64,000 nt of DNA, taken from contig JAPETS010000022.1 in NCBI GenBank assembly GCA_026023565.1, positions 1 to 64,000 on the forward strand, in the 5' to 3' direction. A program made the translations under genes and the position numbers. Below, piece by piece: positions 61,570 to 64,000 of this stretch. The DNA comes from Cirrosporium novae-zelandiae (taxonomy: Eukaryota). The notes under the pieces were generated by a model. It was not told the DNA's origin and ran no database searches. It worked only from the letters and a program-made list of their open reading frames with translations. Each line of letters begins with the position of its first letter. The stretch's first letter is position 1.

Positions 61570-64000
61570 ATGGACATTCATCGTTGTCGATTTGTACCAT
61601 ATCCTCCTCCCGCGATTAATGCTCTCGCCTTTACTCCCAACTCAAACAAGAAAAATAGTTCAAACCATGCCGAGTCGCCGAGATTAGCAATTGGTCGGGC
61701 CAATGGTGATATCGAAATTTGGAATCCTCTGCACGGAAAATGGGTTCACGAGGTAACTTTTAGAGGTGGAAAAGATAGAAGCATTGAAGGCTTAGTTTGG
61801 ACACAAGAGCCTGATGAGAGAGACCACGATGGCAATATCATTCCGGGAAGACTACGGCTATTCAGTACAGGATACTCTACGACAGTCACAGAATGGGATC
61901 TCCAAACAGGCAAACCCGCCAGAAACTCCTCGGGAAGTTTTGGCGCAATCTGGTGTCTCGCTGCTCAGCCAAAGTCCGCTTTGTCCAAGAATGAGAAAGA
62001 AGGTCCATCACAATTAGCAGTAGGCTGCTCAGATGGAGCGATTGTTATTCTGTCCACCGCCAATGAAGACCTCCAATTCTCTCATAGACTTGCACCGCCT
62101 CCATTTAAGAAAGCCCGCGCCTTAAGTCTTTGCTTTCAAACTCCTGAAATTCTTATTGGCGGGTATTCTGACAGCGCTATTCGCATATTCAACATCAAGA
62201 CACGCCAATTCATACGGAATGTATCGTTAGGTGCTGGCCCGAAAGGTGGTCCTAAAGAAACTCTCGTTTGGACGGTCAAGTGCTTTGCCGATGGTACTAT
62301 AGTCTCTGGGGATTCAACTGGCGAGGTACGGTTCTGGGATGGAAAGAATTACACTTTAAAACAACGAATTCATAGCCATAAAGCAGACGTATTATGTTTG
62401 ACCATGAACAAGGGCGGCAATACATTGGTCAGTGGAGGCATGGACCGACGAACAACCGTGTATAGGAAAATGGTGGCTAGCAGAAGCAAAAATCGGAAAT
62501 GGGCGGAAGTATCTCACAGGCGCTTCCATGAGAATGATGTGAGAGCGCTAGCAACATTGGAATGGGATGAAATTAGTGTTGTTGTATCCGGAGGCTTAGA
62601 TACTCGCCCAATTGTTATGCCCTTAAGGGAATTTGGAAAGGAATACCAGAGACCTCTATCTAATTTACCCTTGAAGACGCAAGTATGCTCGGCACCAAGA
62701 AAACGGCTGGTTGCCGTTTGGTGGGATCGAGAGATTCATATTTGGTGCATTCCTCGAACTCCGAAAGAACAGCTCGAAGCCTCGATGATAGATGATATCG
62801 CAAGGGGACGGAATCATAAGTTAGTAGCGAAGATCTTCCTCAAGGTATGCAGTATATGTCTCTCCATTATTAACATTTTTTACTGACTCATTTGTTAAAG
62901 GATGAAGAAAACCTTACTTCGGTATCGATTTCTCTGGATGGCGAGTTTCTTGCTGCGGCGACAGTGTTGGGTGTCAAGTTATTCAGACTAAGACCAAGAA
63001 CCGACGAAAAGAAAAATTTACTTCGGGTCCAACCTGTCGACTGCCCTGCACAGCTTGGATCAACTGGTGCCAAAGAAGTGACTTGGTCGCCCGACGCCCA
63101 GTGGTTATCTATTGTGCGGCTTGATAATTTTATTCAGATGTTTAAGCTCTTCAAGGACGAGTCGGATTTAACTACACAACGGATCTTTCCTAAACACATA
63201 ACTCTGAAGACACTTGATCAAGATGAGCTAGGCAAAAAACATCAAGCTACAATCATGGGGAATTATCTGGACACGATTACTCATATTACTTTCTCTGCCA
63301 ACAGCAAGATTCTTGTCGCGGGCCATCTGTCTGGCTGTCTGGAGAGCTGGCTACTAACTGGTGTTGAAGATACCTCATCAAATGGCAATAAAGATGCTAG
63401 TAATATGTCGTCTCAACATCTCGAAGACAGCCCTTTCGATGACTCTTCGGAGGAGGACGATCACCCACAAAGTATTCATGGCCAATGTTGGATTCGCAAT
63501 CCGAGTGGTACTCTCCCGAAACTCCCTTCTGCACCTTTAATTCTCTCATTTCGACCTTCCATACTTAAAGATGAAACTACTTCAACGGACGGTAATCCTA
63601 GTGATGATATAACACCTTTCTCTCCTGACAAAACTAGGCAGAGGTTGCTTACTGGGGAAGACCGCCTTCTAGTAGTTACATCGGAAAATCATCTATATGA
63701 GTTTGAGGTACTTCAGAGCAGATTATCAGCTTGGTCTAGACGAAACACTCCTTCAAACTTGCCGCAGCATTATTCGGTCATCCTAGATCGAGCCATGGGG
63801 TGTATATGGGATGTCAGTAGTGGTCGAGAACGAGCCTGGCTTTATGGGTCAACCTGGATTTGGATGTTTGATCTCTCTCAAGATCTCCAGCCCGCGGACA
63901 GGAGCGCCAAAGTACCAGCAGCACACGGGAAGACTCCAAAGAATTCCAAAAAACGTAAGTTGGAAGAGGTAAACTCCGCTGATTACTCTCACGGAACTTC
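61570..64000 (+). CDS. UTP4: U3 snoRNP/t-UTP WD40 protein Utp4 (cirhin), 3' end outside the window; intron ~62845-62900
   Basis: MDIHRCRFVPYPPPAINALAF, RLAIGRANGDIEIWNP, RLFSTG and VSGDSTGEVRFWD; exon 2 is open to the window end. Confidence 0.95.

Overview
Eukaryotic DNA from a filamentous ascomycete (inferred from short ~45-60 nt GT-AG introns with CTAAC/CTGAC branch sites and from fungal-type gene families). Recognisable intact genes: a secreted Ser/Pro-rich protein (runs off the left edge), a kelch/beta-propeller membrane protein, tRNA-Ala(AGC), a kinase-like gene, GPI14, TRAX, a cytochrome b5-like protein, a small probably mitochondrial protein, an ADY2/GPR1-family transporter, SRS2, an ER FKBP, an RPEL-repeat protein, NBS1, a secreted DPBB/expansin-like protein, a G1 cyclin and UTP4 (runs off the right edge). 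The less ordinary content is (i) six decayed genes: tRNA-Gly, a DPH4-like J-protein, a class III aminotransferase, RPL15 (still carrying introns and promoter motifs), a cyclophilin and a USP-like fragment; (ii) an accessory-looking block at ~8.8-12.7 kb around tRNA-Ala, containing two fold-back elements that flank an orphan ORF and a kinase-like gene bracketed by short inverted repeats; (iii) a tRNA whose 7-nt insert exactly duplicates its anticodon loop; (iv) an inverted repeat in a gene-free low-complexity region; (v) a long G1-cyclin leader with a predicted intron and uORFs. I cannot demonstrate a new biological system from the sequence alone. The 8.8-12.7 kb block and the pseudogene load are the best leads. 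All family calls come from motif recognition by eye, with no database searches.
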